The notes below the pieces were generated by a model. It had not been told where the DNA came from. It searched no databases and saw only the letters and a program-made list of their open reading frames with translations. The translations under genes and the position numbers were made by a program. This document shows positions 9,029 to 18,377 of a stretch of DNA of 64,000 nt, piece after piece (the first letter of the stretch is position 1; each line of letters opens with the position of its first letter). This DNA comes from an uncultured Phycisphaera sp. (GTDB taxonomy: Bacteria > Planctomycetota > Phycisphaerae > UBA1845). The stretch lies in the NCBI GenBank assembly GCA_964501365.1, contig CAZCST010000017.1, positions 25,705-89,704 of the forward strand, given 5' to 3'.

Positions 9029-10339
9029 TCAAGCCCCGTGAGTCATGGCATGGAACTGGGTAAAAAAATTCGGATATGTCTTGGCGGTACATTCCACGTC
9101 ATTGACGACGAGTCCTTGAAGCCGCAGCCCCGCCAGTGCAAAGCTCATCGCCATGCGGTGATCGTCATATGTGTCGATGGCGGCGGGAACCGGCCTTGCG
9201 GGCGGGCTGATCCGCAACCCGTCGGATCGCTCTTCAACCTCGGCGCCGAGTTTCATCAATTCCCTTGTCAGAGCAGCCAGACGATCTGTTTCCTTGATCC
9301 GCAAATTGGGTACGTTTCGAATCGTCGTCACTCCATCCGCAAACACCGCCAGCACCGCCAGAGTCATGGCCACATCGGGCATCGAGCCCAAATCAGCGTC
9401 AACGGCATTCATCCTGCGCCCGGGATCGCGCGCGACGGTCACGCGATCTTTCTCGATCGCCACGTCACAACCCATTTTTCTGAGGATTTCGACGAAGCGC
9501 AAGTCCCCTTGGATGCTGCCGGAGCCAAGGCCCCTCACCGTGACGCGGCCACCTGCGATTGCCGGGGCACAGAGAAAGTACATCGCGTTGGTGGCGTCCG
9601 GCTCCACGGCGTAAACGGTGGCTGCGTATCGACGCGGAGACTCAACCACAATTCGAATCTCCTTCCTTTCCGCTCCGATTCCATCCGCAAGAACCGGCAT
9701 GCCAAATTGCTCCATCATGCGCACCGTCATGGCAAGAAATGGCACGCTCGGAGCATCCGCACCGACTTCAATCAACATATCCGACGACGCGCAGGGAGCG
9801 GCCATTAGCAGTCCACTCAGATATTGACTCGACTCAGGAGAGGGAAACGCGACATGACCGCCGCGCAGTCCGCCGGAGTGAACAGTCAGCGGCGGAAATC
9901 CAATTTCATCCTCAAATTCGATGCCCACGCCAAGCGACTGCAACGCATCAGTCAGCGTGCCGATGGGACGCCGGCGCATTCGCGCAATTCCGTCCAGCCG
10001 AAATCGGCCCCGACCCAGTGCGACCAGCGCCGTACAGAATCGAATCGTCGTGCCCGAATTGCCGCAGAAAAGCTCGGCATCGTCCGCAGGAATGTTCCCG
10101 CCGCAGCCCGTCACTTCCGCTACGCAGCCGGTTTCGTCGACGGTCACGGCGATGCCCAGGGCGCGAAGCGCCTCGATCATCAGCCAGGAGTCTTCAGCAA
10201 GGAGGATGTTGCGAAGAACGCTGACCCCGTCCGCCAATGCGGCCAGAATCAGCGCTCGATTCGTGATGCTCTTCGAACCCGGAACGGCCACCACTGCATC
10301 CAGCGGCCCGCACGCAGATTCAAAGCGATAATCTGTCAT
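9029..10339 (-). CDS. aroA: 3-phosphoshikimate 1-carboxyvinyltransferase (EPSP synthase)
   Basis: 'VPGSKSITNRALILAALADG', 'GNSGTTIRF', 'DHRMAMSFALAGL'. Confidence 0.95.
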   Translation of the reverse strand: MTDYRFESACGPLDAVVAVPGSKSITNRALILAALADGVSVLRNILLAEDSWLMIEALRALGIAVTVDETGCVAEVTGCGGNIPADDAELFCGNSGTTIRFCTALVALGRGRFRLDGIARMRRRPIGTLTDALQSLGVGIEFEDEIGFPPLTVHSGGLRGGHVAFPSPESSQYLSGLLMAAPCASSDMLIEVGADAPSVPFLAMTVRMMEQFGMPVLADGIGAERKEIRIVVESPRRYAATVYAVEPDATNAMYFLCAPAIAGGRVTVRGLGSGSIQGDLRFVEILRKMGCDVAIEKDRVTVARDPGRRMNAVDADLGSMPDVAMTLAVLAVFADGVTTIRNVPNLRIKETDRLAALTRELMKLGAEVEERSDGLRISPPARPVPAAIDTYDDHRMAMSFALAGLRLQGLVVNDVECTAKTYPNFFTQFHAMTHGA

Positions 10340-10347
10340 TGCGCGGC

Positions 10348-11370
10348 TTAGTTTACGACCCAGGACTCGCCGTCATCATAAAGATCATCAAGCTTCCCCG
10401 GACCCTTGGCGGCCGTCGCGTCCTTGATCTGCTTGAAGAGCATATCTTCATAAGTCGGTCGCTCGACACAACGGAAGATTCCCATCGGCTCGGGGAACTC
10501 CGGCTGGTGCATGCGGCTCAGCAGGTACGCAAGGCTTGGCTCAGCCTGCTTCTCGTCATGGAACAGCAGATCGTCCTCGGTGATGTCGCCGCCCAATTCG
10601 ACAACTTCCGGGTCCATGCCGTGCAGACGAATGCCCTTCTTCTTGTCCTTGCCGAAGAGCAGCGGCCGGCCATGCTCAAGGAACACGGTCGTGTCGTCCT
10701 TGGTTTCCTTGCTCGTGGCGTACTCAAACGCGCCGTCGTTGAAGATGTTGCAGTTCTGGTAAATCTCGATGAACGCCGTGCCTTTGTGCTCCGACGCCCG
10801 TTGAAGAACGTATTCGAGATGCTTGGTGTTGACGTCAAGTGACCGGGCCACGAACGTCGCCTCGGCCCCAATCGCCACTGAAATCGGATGCAGCGGATAG
10901 TCCACCGATCCCATCGGCGTGGACTTGGTCTTCTTGCCCAGCGGCGAGGTCGGCGAATACTGACCCTTGGTCAAACCGTAAATACGGTTGTTGAACAACA
11001 GAATCTTCACGTCGATGTTGCGGCGTATCGCATGAAGCAGGTGATTCCCGCCGATGCTCAGTCCATCGCCGTCACCCGTCACCAGCCACACATCCAGATC
11101 CGGGTTGGCCACCTTGATGCCCGAGGCAATTGCCGGCGCGCGCCCGTGAATGCTATGGAATCCATACGTATTCATGTAATACGGAAAGCGGCTCGAACAC
11201 CCGATGCCCGAAACGAAGACGGTCTTCTCGCGCTTGGCGCCGATCACCGCCATCGTCTTCTTGACCTGGGCCAGAATCGAATAGTCGCCGCAACCCGGAC
11301 ACCAGCGGACATCCTGGTCGCTTCCAAAATCCTTGGCGGTCAGTTGAATCGTTGCAGGTGCAGTGCTCAT
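10348..11370 (-). CDS. korB: 2-oxoglutarate/2-oxoacid:ferredoxin oxidoreductase, beta (TPP-binding) subunit
   Basis: 'WCPGCGDYSIL' and 'GDGD.LSIGGNHL' TPP motif. 4-nt overlap with the alpha subunit gene. Confidence 0.9.
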   Translation of the reverse strand: MSTAPATIQLTAKDFGSDQDVRWCPGCGDYSILAQVKKTMAVIGAKREKTVFVSGIGCSSRFPYYMNTYGFHSIHGRAPAIASGIKVANPDLDVWLVTGDGDGLSIGGNHLLHAIRRNIDVKILLFNNRIYGLTKGQYSPTSPLGKKTKSTPMGSVDYPLHPISVAIGAEATFVARSLDVNTKHLEYVLQRASEHKGTAFIEIYQNCNIFNDGAFEYATSKETKDDTTVFLEHGRPLLFGKDKKKGIRLHGMDPEVVELGGDITEDDLLFHDEKQAEPSLAYLLSRMHQPEFPEPMGIFRCVERPTYEDMLFKQIKDATAAKGPGKLDDLYDDGESWVVN

Positions 11371-13253
11371 GACTTCCTTCCGTGTAAGAGTTCCTCGATC
11401 CGATCCTGAATTTCCTGGATCATGAACGGTTTTCCTTCGACTTTGTTGAGTCCGATCGCATCGACCAGATACTTGGCGCGAACCAGAGTGCTGAGCTGCC
11501 CAAGGTTCATCTCCGGAACCAGCACGCGATCAAACGCCCGCAGCACATCGCCCGTATTCTTGGGCATCGGGTCCATGTAGCGCAGGTGCGCACTCGACAC
11601 GCTCAGGCCCTTTGCACGGCATCGCTCGACGGCCGTCGTGATTGGGCCATACGTGCTGCCCCATCCCAGCACCAGAAGTTTCCCTTGCGGATCACCGTTG
11701 ACCGACAACATCGGAATTGTCTCCGCAATGTTGTCGATCTTCTTGCGCCGCGTGACCACCATGTGATGGTGGTTATCCGGCTCGTAACAAACCTCGCCGG
11801 TGATGTCCTTCTTTTCGAGCCCGCCCACGCGGTGCTCCAGTCCCGGCGTTCCGGGAATCGCCCAGGGCCGGGCCAGGCTCGCGTTACGCTTGTACGGGAG
11901 AAATGGCCCGCCATTGTTGTTGCTCTGCTGTGGATGTTCGATCTTGAACGTCGGCAACTTGTTCACATCGGGCATCATCCACGGCTCGGCGCCGTTGGCG
12001 AGATACCCGTCGCTGAGCACGATGACCGGCGTCATGTACTGCGTCGCAATGCGGAATGCTTCGATCGCCATCGTAAAACAGTCACCCGGCGTCGCCGGGG
12101 CCAGCACGCAAAGCGGCGCCTCGCCATTCCGCCCCAGCACCGCCTGAAACAAATCTGCCTGCTCGGTCTTCGTAGGCAGGCCTGTACTGGGGCCGCCACG
12201 CTGCACGTTGACGATCACCATCGGCAATTCCGTCATGATCGCCAGGCCGATGCCCTCCTGCTTCAGTGCAACGCCCGGACCGCTCGTGCCCGTCACCGCA
12301 AACGCACCGGCGAACGCGGCGCCAATCACCGCAGTGATCGCCGCAATCTCGTCCTCGGCCTGAAACGTGCGAACGTCAAAATTCTTGTGCCGTGCAAGCT
12401 CGTGCAATATGTCGCTCGCCGGAGTAATCGGGTAGCTGCCGTAATACAGCGGCTTGCCCGCTCGCTGCGCCGCGGTGATGAGACCCATCGCCATTGCTTC
12501 ATTGCCGGTCACTTTGCGATAGCGTCCCGGAGCAAGCTTGGCCGGCGGAACCAGATAACGAACCGGGAACATCTCGGCCGTCTCGCCAAAAAAGTATCCC
12601 GCCTTCAACGCCTTCGAGTTCGCGTCCGCCACGGAAGCCTTCGTGCTGAACTTGTCCTGAATCCATCGCAGCGTCGGCTCCATCGAACGCCCAAAGAGCC
12701 AGTACGTCAGCCCCAGCGCAAAAAAGTTCTTGCAACGACCCACAGCACGCCCGGTGAGCCCGGTGTCCGCGACGGCCTTCGCGTTGAGTTGATCAATGGG
12801 AATGCGAAAAACATGGTACTTTTTGAGGCCTGGATCATCGAGAGGGTTGTCAACGATGTTCGCCTTGGCAAAATTCTGCTTGGTGAACGCGTCTTCGTTG
12901 ACCACGAGAATACCGCCCGTCTCAAGGTCTTCGATGTTCGCCTTCAGCGCCGCCGGGTTCATCGCAATCAGCGCATTCACGCGGTCGCCCGCCGTGCGCA
13001 GCTTGTGCGCTCCGAAATTCAGTTGATAGCCCGAAACGCCCGCCAGCGTGCCCGCTGGAGCGCGAATCTCAGCCGGAAAGTCCGGAAACGTGCTCACGTC
13101 GTTGCCAAAAATCGCAGACGTTGTGGTCATCTGCGTTCCGACGAGCTGCATGCCGTCGCCGGAGTCACCCACAAAGCGAACCGTCAGTTCGCCCTTCTCA
13201 ATGACTTCCGCAGGTTTTCGAGTGGTTGGTGCCTCGGGGGTCGATACGACCAT
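11367..13253 (-). CDS. korA: 2-oxoglutarate/2-oxoacid:ferredoxin oxidoreductase, alpha subunit
   Basis: 628 aa. 'GDSGDGMQL.G', 'YPITPAS', 'GTSGPG..L' are typical of KorA/OorA fused gamma-alpha domains. Confidence 0.9.
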   Translation of the reverse strand: MVVSTPEAPTTRKPAEVIEKGELTVRFVGDSGDGMQLVGTQMTTTSAIFGNDVSTFPDFPAEIRAPAGTLAGVSGYQLNFGAHKLRTAGDRVNALIAMNPAALKANIEDLETGGILVVNEDAFTKQNFAKANIVDNPLDDPGLKKYHVFRIPIDQLNAKAVADTGLTGRAVGRCKNFFALGLTYWLFGRSMEPTLRWIQDKFSTKASVADANSKALKAGYFFGETAEMFPVRYLVPPAKLAPGRYRKVTGNEAMAMGLITAAQRAGKPLYYGSYPITPASDILHELARHKNFDVRTFQAEDEIAAITAVIGAAFAGAFAVTGTSGPGVALKQEGIGLAIMTELPMVIVNVQRGGPSTGLPTKTEQADLFQAVLGRNGEAPLCVLAPATPGDCFTMAIEAFRIATQYMTPVIVLSDGYLANGAEPWMMPDVNKLPTFKIEHPQQSNNNGGPFLPYKRNASLARPWAIPGTPGLEHRVGGLEKKDITGEVCYEPDNHHHMVVTRRKKIDNIAETIPMLSVNGDPQGKLLVLGWGSTYGPITTAVERCRAKGLSVSSAHLRYMDPMPKNTGDVLRAFDRVLVPEMNLGQLSTLVRAKYLVDAIGLNKVEGKPFMIQEIQDRIEELLHGRKS

Positions 13254-13592
13254 GGTCTTTGCTAGCTCCTTAGATTAAGCCCCATTCAGCGGAGTACAAA
13301 CCGCGCATCTCTTTCGCGAAGATACCCTTTGCGCCCGGACTCCGGTGGATTCTCTTGATCGCTTCCGGGAGGTCAGTCGAACCGCTGATTTTATGAACAT
13401 TTATGTCCGAAAACAACCCGGCTTCTGAGCGATTGAGCCCATCGGGGCATTTGTCCGCAGTTTCTAGTTTCTACAACCTAGATTACGATAGGAAGTCGCT
13501 TGACCGCTTATCGGCCCCGCGAATTCGAACCCAATGCGCGGGTCATTTGCCCGCCGCAGCGGGCACTCGGCGGCATGGATGGAGATGTGACA

Positions 13593-14990
13593 ATGTTGAA
13601 ACGCTGTAACACCGTTCTTGAAGCCATCGGCCGCACCCCCATCGTGCGCATCAATCGCCTTGCCAAAGGCCTCTCGCCGGCCATCTATGCCAAGATCGAA
13701 TTCGTCAACCCCGGCGGCAGCATCAAGGACCGTATCGCGCTGGCCATGGTGGAGGCCGCCGAACGCGAGGGCCTGCTCAAGCCTGGTGGCACCATCGTCG
13801 AGGCCACCTCGGGCAACACCGGCGTTGGACTTGCCATGGTTGCCGCCGTCAAGGGCTACCGCTGCATCTTTATCATGCCCGACAAAATGAGCGCAGAGAA
13901 AATCCGCCTCCTTAAGGCCTACGGCGCAGAAGTCGTCATCACCCCCACCAATGCCGAATCCAACAGTCCCGACGGCTACGGTGGGGTCGCCGCCCGGCTC
14001 ACCAACGAAATCCCCAACGCATGGCAGCCCAACCAGTTCACCAACATGAACAACCCGGAATATCACTACAAGTTCACCGGTCCGGAAATCTGGGAGCAGA
14101 CCGAAGGCAGGATTACTTGCTTCGTCGGCGGCATCGGCACCGGCGGAACGATTTCCGGCGTCGGAAAATTCCTCAAGGAAAAGAATCCAAAAATCCGCGT
14201 GGTCGCCGCCGACCCCGAAGGCTCAATCCTCTCCGGCGACACGCCCAAGCCCTGGGCCGTCGAGGGCATCGGCGAAGATTACGTCCCCAAGACGTTTAAC
14301 TCGCAGATGGTCGACGACTGGGTGCGCGTCAGCGATACCGAATCCTTCACCGTCGCACGCAATCTTTCCAAAATGGAAGGCCTGCTTGTCGGCGGCTCCT
14401 GTGGAACCGCCATGGCCGCCGCCCTTCAATACGCCCAGCGCCTCACCAAAGACGACATGGTCGTCGTCCTCTGCCCCGACACCGGCCGCAACTATCTCTC
14501 GAAGCTCTACTCCGACGAATGGATGGTGGAAAAGGGCTTTATGAAGCCCGCGTCAAAGCCCTTCACCGTCGGCGAATTGCTCACCCGGCGCGGCAACGTC
14601 CCGCTCATCGCCGTCCGCCCGGAGGATAAGGCCGAGGCCGCCGTCGCATTGCTCCGCCGACACGGGATTTCGCAACTTCCCGTCATCGAGGACGGCAAGG
14701 TCGTCGGCCAGATCCGCGAGCTGACCATCGCCCGCATGTTGCACCAGCGCATTGACCCGCGACAGGTCCCCGTCCGCGACATCATGGCCCGCCCCATGCC
14801 CACCATCGATGAACACACCGACCTCGACGAGGTCTATCGCCTGCTCTCTTCGGGCCACAGCGGGGCGGTCATCACGCGCGGAACCGAACTCCTCGGCGTC
14901 GTCACCCGCATCGACCTAGTGAACTTCTGGGACGACCCCTTCCAGCAGGAATTCGAATCCCGCAAGAAAGAATCACCCGTCCCAGCCTGA
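13593..14990 (+). CDS. cystathionine beta-synthase-type enzyme (PLP cysteine-synthase fold plus C-terminal CBS-domain pair)
   Basis: 'IGRTPIVRINRL', 'NPGGSIKDR', 'SGNTG' and 'GTGGTISG' are PLP motifs. The C-terminal ~130 aa has two CBS-like units. I prefer the ATG at 13593 over the upstream TTG at 13500 (start uncertain). Confidence 0.88.
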   Translation: MLKRCNTVLEAIGRTPIVRINRLAKGLSPAIYAKIEFVNPGGSIKDRIALAMVEAAEREGLLKPGGTIVEATSGNTGVGLAMVAAVKGYRCIFIMPDKMSAEKIRLLKAYGAEVVITPTNAESNSPDGYGGVAARLTNEIPNAWQPNQFTNMNNPEYHYKFTGPEIWEQTEGRITCFVGGIGTGGTISGVGKFLKEKNPKIRVVAADPEGSILSGDTPKPWAVEGIGEDYVPKTFNSQMVDDWVRVSDTESFTVARNLSKMEGLLVGGSCGTAMAAALQYAQRLTKDDMVVVLCPDTGRNYLSKLYSDEWMVEKGFMKPASKPFTVGELLTRRGNVPLIAVRPEDKAEAAVALLRRHGISQLPVIEDGKVVGQIRELTIARMLHQRIDPRQVPVRDIMARPMPTIDEHTDLDEVYRLLSSGHSGAVITRGTELLGVVTRIDLVNFWDDPFQQEFESRKKESPVPA

Positions 14991-15035
14991 TTCCTGCATG
15001 GCAAAATGAATGCATTCTGCATCCCAAAACCAACC

Positions 15036-15254
15036 CCCCTCTCCCTCGCAGGGAGAGGGGCCGGGTGTGAGGGTCGAGCGCGCGAGGAAGGCACGCGCAG
15101 CTCGGCGCTTGGTTCGATTATTGGGAAGAGCGAACTCCGTCCGCCCCATCGTCCATCCCCTTATCCCTAATGCCTACACCCTATGCCCTATGCCCTAACC
15201 CCTGCCTTTACCCCGATCGCAATTTGATAGGAATCCGCGCGCGCCCCACATGTT
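15036..15254. repeat. composite ~219-bp repeat, copy A (GC hairpin, conserved core, heptamer array, tail)
   Basis: Reverse complement of 29162..29380 along its full length (hand alignment). 11-bp perfect stem at 15036..15060. Seven tandem CTANNCC heptamers at about 15154..15203. Confidence 0.85.
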
Positions 15255-15332
15255 CTATAGGCGATGCTCAAATGTCCGGGACATTCGCTGCTTTTGCCTG
15301 CCACGGCGCGCGGACTTCCACCTCCGGCCCTC

Positions 15333-15364
15333 AATCGAAAATCGCAAATCGACAATCGACAATG
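15333..15364. repeat. tandem heptamer array, AATCGNN type
   Basis: The run aatcgaa aatcgca aatcgac aatcgac aat is the same unit (in reverse complement) as at 38121, 38741 and 53221. Confidence 0.7.
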
Positions 15365-15530
15365 CTCGGTCCCCTCCCCTTCGTCCCACCCCGCGCCGAC
15401 CCCTGCGCCTGCCCTTTTTTCTGCCCCCCGCCGCAACATAAGTCCTTGCCGGCACGTGACCTCCGTGGCGCGCACAAAACGTGCGGGAACGAACCCATCC
15501 AGGGGAGGTACGTTTCCACCTCGCCTCCCT

Positions 15531-15566
15531 CTGCGCAAAACAAAACGGCGGCTTTCGCCGCCGTTT
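15531..15566 (-). terminator. rho-independent terminator of the OmpA-like gene
   Basis: Perfect 10-bp stem AAACGGCGGC / GCCGCCGTTT with a TTTC loop. On the minus strand it is followed by TTTTGTTTTG. It lies 58 nt after the stop at 15624. Confidence 0.75.
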
Positions 15567-15623
15567 CGCAATATCAACAATGATCAGGTACCGCTCGCGA
15601 TACCCGGTCCGAATTGACCGTGT

Positions 15624-16301
15624 TTACGATCGATCGCGACCCGAGCGCGGGGCCGAGTCAATGGCGAAGATTTCCACGCGACGGTTGCTCAGACGGTTCG
15701 GCTCGGTCGTGTTGGGCACGCGGGGGCGAAATTCACCGCTGCCCGCCGCAACCAGACGATCGGGGGCAACACCATGCTCCTTCAGATAACGCACGACTGC
15801 CAGGCCTCGCTCGGTGCTGAGCTGCCAGTTGTCAGTCCAGCCGCTCTTCTTGATGGGTCGGTCGTCGGTGTGGCCAATGACCATGATGTCCTTGCTGCCG
15901 TATTCGCCGCTGAGCGTGCTGGCGATGCCGTCGAGCGTCTTGCGGGCATCGTCACGCAGCACCGCCTTGCCCGGCGAGAACAGGATGTTCTCTTCGATCG
16001 AGATCATGCCGCCGCCCGGTACCGCGGTCCAACCGGCAGGAGTCGGCTCGACGACGGGCCGTCCAGCCAGTTCCGACCGTACGCCGTTAATCTCGTTTTG
16101 CAGGGCGCTGATACGACTGTTCAGCATGTCCCGATCGCGCTGGGCATTGGCCAGAGCACTTTGCGCACTATTCAGGTCCCCGCGAAGCCGCTGGTTTTCG
16201 GCCTCCAACTGCGGTATCTTCTTCTGCGCGGCGCAACCGCTTCCCATCGCAACAACCAATCCCAATCCGACAAACGCCACTCGCAACATTGCCCGACTCA
16301 T
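15624..16301 (-). CDS. OmpA/MotB-domain lipoprotein with N-terminal coiled coil
   Basis: GGAG sits 7 nt before the ATG at 16301. Lipobox 'VAMGSGC'. A heptad-rich segment precedes the OmpA_C motifs 'GHTD..P', 'N..LS..RA..V', 'G.G...P......N..NRRVEI'. Confidence 0.85.
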   Translation of the reverse strand: MSRAMLRVAFVGLGLVVAMGSGCAAQKKIPQLEAENQRLRGDLNSAQSALANAQRDRDMLNSRISALQNEINGVRSELAGRPVVEPTPAGWTAVPGGGMISIEENILFSPGKAVLRDDARKTLDGIASTLSGEYGSKDIMVIGHTDDRPIKKSGWTDNWQLSTERGLAVVRYLKEHGVAPDRLVAAGSGEFRPRVPNTTEPNRLSNRRVEIFAIDSAPRSGRDRS

Positions 16302-16323
16302 ATCAGTCTCCTTCAACGCCCGC

Positions 16324-16716
16324 TCAAAATCCAACATCCGCACTGTCATTCGGCGCATCGCCGACGGTCTGTTTCAACTGCTCCTCAACGCGCCGTTGAC
16401 GCTCATCCAGCTCGGCCACGCGCTGCTCGGTCAGCTTTTGCGTCGTCGTCGTGATTCGTTCACGGCTCAATTCGCGGAAGTCGCGCATCAGACCGCGACC
16501 CAGCGAAAAAATCCACCATGCAACAAGCGTACAAACCGACGTCGCCAGCATCACCCAGACGACGTTGACCGGCTTGCTCGCATCAGTCAGCCCGAACAGC
16601 CAAACGTTGACGGTATACGAACGGTTGTTGAAGAGAATCAGGCCGATCGCCCCAACCACGAGCAATACGACGACGATGCGAAGATAGACCGTAAATGTCC
16701 TTATCGCAAGCCGCAT
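16324..16716 (-). CDS. LapA-domain-like (DUF1049-type) small inner-membrane protein
   Basis: Two TM helices separated by a short loop, then a charged coiled tail, as in LapA/YciS-type proteins. This is a topology-based call. Confidence 0.45.
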   Translation of the reverse strand: MRLAIRTFTVYLRIVVVLLVVGAIGLILFNNRSYTVNVWLFGLTDASKPVNVVWVMLATSVCTLVAWWIFSLGRGLMRDFRELSRERITTTTQKLTEQRVAELDERQRRVEEQLKQTVGDAPNDSADVGF

Positions 16717-16752
16717 GTTCTTGCATTCCCGCAGATCGGAGGAAGAAAGACG

Positions 16753-18222
16753 CTAGTGAATCCGCGCTTCGTTTCCAAACAGGAACCATTGCGCAGTTCC
16801 AATCGCCCGCGCCATTACGGGGAACCGGATGATTTCATCGTAAAAGATCACGACCGTCAAAAACCCCAGCGAAAGCCATGGCCCCAGTGGCAGGGCCCGC
16901 GTTCGCTTGAAGGGTAGCGCGAGCAACCAGCCGGCCAGGGCCAGCCCGCAGGTGAGAAAGAAACCAAGTACCACCACCTGCCAGCCCGCCACACTTCCCG
17001 CGGCAGCCATCATGTGGATGTCCCCGGTGCCGAAAGCCTCACGTCCGAAAACAAGCGTGAAAAAGATGCGTACGGCCCATCCCAGTGCACCTGCAATCAC
17101 GTATCCGGCGGCGGCGGTGGCCAGCCCTTCCAGCGGAGACCACGATCGAAACATCCCCCAGTTCCACAGGGTCAGATGCGTGTGCAGGACTTTCCCTACG
17201 GTGGCCGCGCGGTCGCCACTGGCAAGCCAGAGCCCAAGGAGGCCGAACACAATGGCCGGAAGAAAGAGCAAGAATTCGCTCATTGCCGTCCGGCGGGCGG
17301 TGACGCTCTCTTCCTCGAGGGCGGCCGCAATGGCGTGATCCGATTCGCGCGCGACGATGCTCTGCGAGAGGATAAGGAGGAAGAGGAAGCCCAGCGGCAC
17401 AAGTGCCCGGCCCGTGTGCCGGAAGGGGACGAGTCCCGTCTCGGTCAAAAAGATGTTACCAAGCAGCGCGATCCCCAGAACGAGCGCAATCCATCCTCCG
17501 GCCCGCGATGGCGACGAGAGCGAAGGGGGAGGCGAACTGGGTTCGTTGGCGGCCTGCTCGCCTTCTGGGGCGAGGGCCTCGCCGAGCTGCTCGGTTTCGA
17601 CGTGAGGCTGGCATATGAGGACGATCCATGTCAGCCCTACGCCCACCATCGCGCACAACGCGACGATTCCCGTGGCATCCGACGGCCTTGGCCAGGCGGC
17701 ACTGTGGCGCGGAGTCCAGAGCATATGCATGGCGAAGCCGGCGATGGTCACGAAGTTCGTGAAGCGGATGTCCACCCAGTAGTGCCCAAGGTCGATGGCC
17801 GAAAGCGCGAGCAGGCAGGCAAAAAGAATGATGTGGGCGATCAGGATCGGCCAGTCGTACGAAAGCTGATCGGTCAGGCCGAATTGGGGCTTGCACAGAC
17901 CGGCGCGAACGTGCCCAACGAAGAATGCATCCAGCACGAGCAGTACAATAATCCCCATCAGCACTTCGATGACCAGGTATCGCGTGGGGATGGGTACGTC
18001 GCACTGGCGGCAGCGCCCGCGAAGCTTCAGGAAGCTGATGATGGGGAGATTGTCGTACCAGGCGATTTTTTTGCGACAAAACGGGCATGACGACCAGAGC
18101 GGCTGGGTCAACGATTTGCCGCGCGGCAGGCGGTAGACAACGGCATTGAGGAAGCTGCCGGTGATAAGCCCCAGCGCGGTCCAGAACAGCAGCCACCAGG
18201 ATGTCGAAAGATAGAGCTCCAA
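16753..18222 (-). CDS. pilD: prepilin peptidase (A24 family), unusually long form
   Basis: N-terminal 'FLNAVVYRLP' plus the Cys-rich 'CP.C...I.WYDN.P..S....G.C..C' module. C-terminal 'GTGDIHMMAAAG' is the second Asp motif. 489 aa with extra TM segments and a Ser/Pro linker. Confidence 0.85.
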   Translation of the reverse strand: MELYLSTSWWLLFWTALGLITGSFLNAVVYRLPRGKSLTQPLWSSCPFCRKKIAWYDNLPIISFLKLRGRCRQCDVPIPTRYLVIEVLMGIIVLLVLDAFFVGHVRAGLCKPQFGLTDQLSYDWPILIAHIILFACLLALSAIDLGHYWVDIRFTNFVTIAGFAMHMLWTPRHSAAWPRPSDATGIVALCAMVGVGLTWIVLICQPHVETEQLGEALAPEGEQAANEPSSPPPSLSSPSRAGGWIALVLGIALLGNIFLTETGLVPFRHTGRALVPLGFLFLLILSQSIVARESDHAIAAALEEESVTARRTAMSEFLLFLPAIVFGLLGLWLASGDRAATVGKVLHTHLTLWNWGMFRSWSPLEGLATAAAGYVIAGALGWAVRIFFTLVFGREAFGTGDIHMMAAAGSVAGWQVVVLGFFLTCGLALAGWLLALPFKRTRALPLGPWLSLGFLTVVIFYDEIIRFPVMARAIGTAQWFLFGNEARIH

Positions 18223-18242
18223 GCTGGCGGGATTCTAAGTGA

Positions 18243-18290
18243 CGAATGCGGAATGCGGAATGGCGAATTCGGAAGCGAATGCGAAATTTA
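18243..18290. repeat. tandem heptamer array, GCGGAAT type
   Basis: The run cgaat gcggaat gcggaat ggcgaat tcggaag cgaat gcgaaat lies between the pilD start and the mcsB stop. Confidence 0.6.
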
Positions 18291-18377
18291 GATGTTCGGA
18301 ACGGCGAATTACCGACATCCTGAGCGCAGCGAAGGACTCCGCGCAATCGATTCTTCACTTCGTTCAGAATTACAGCG

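Noticed and set aside
11586-13265. 559-aa plus-strand ORF
   Set aside because: It is antisense to korA, and its Arg-rich nonsense composition fits a shadow ORF.
13254-13592. SAM/SAH-type riboswitch in the 340-nt leader of the CBS-type gene
   Set aside because: Some local pairing is possible (tgcccgccg...cggcggca), but none of the SAM-I, SAM-II or SAH conserved cores is visible by eye. A covariance-model scan would be needed.
15154-15364. Heptamer arrays as a CRISPR array
   Set aside because: The units are 7 nt and directly abutting, with no spacers. There are no cas genes in the window.
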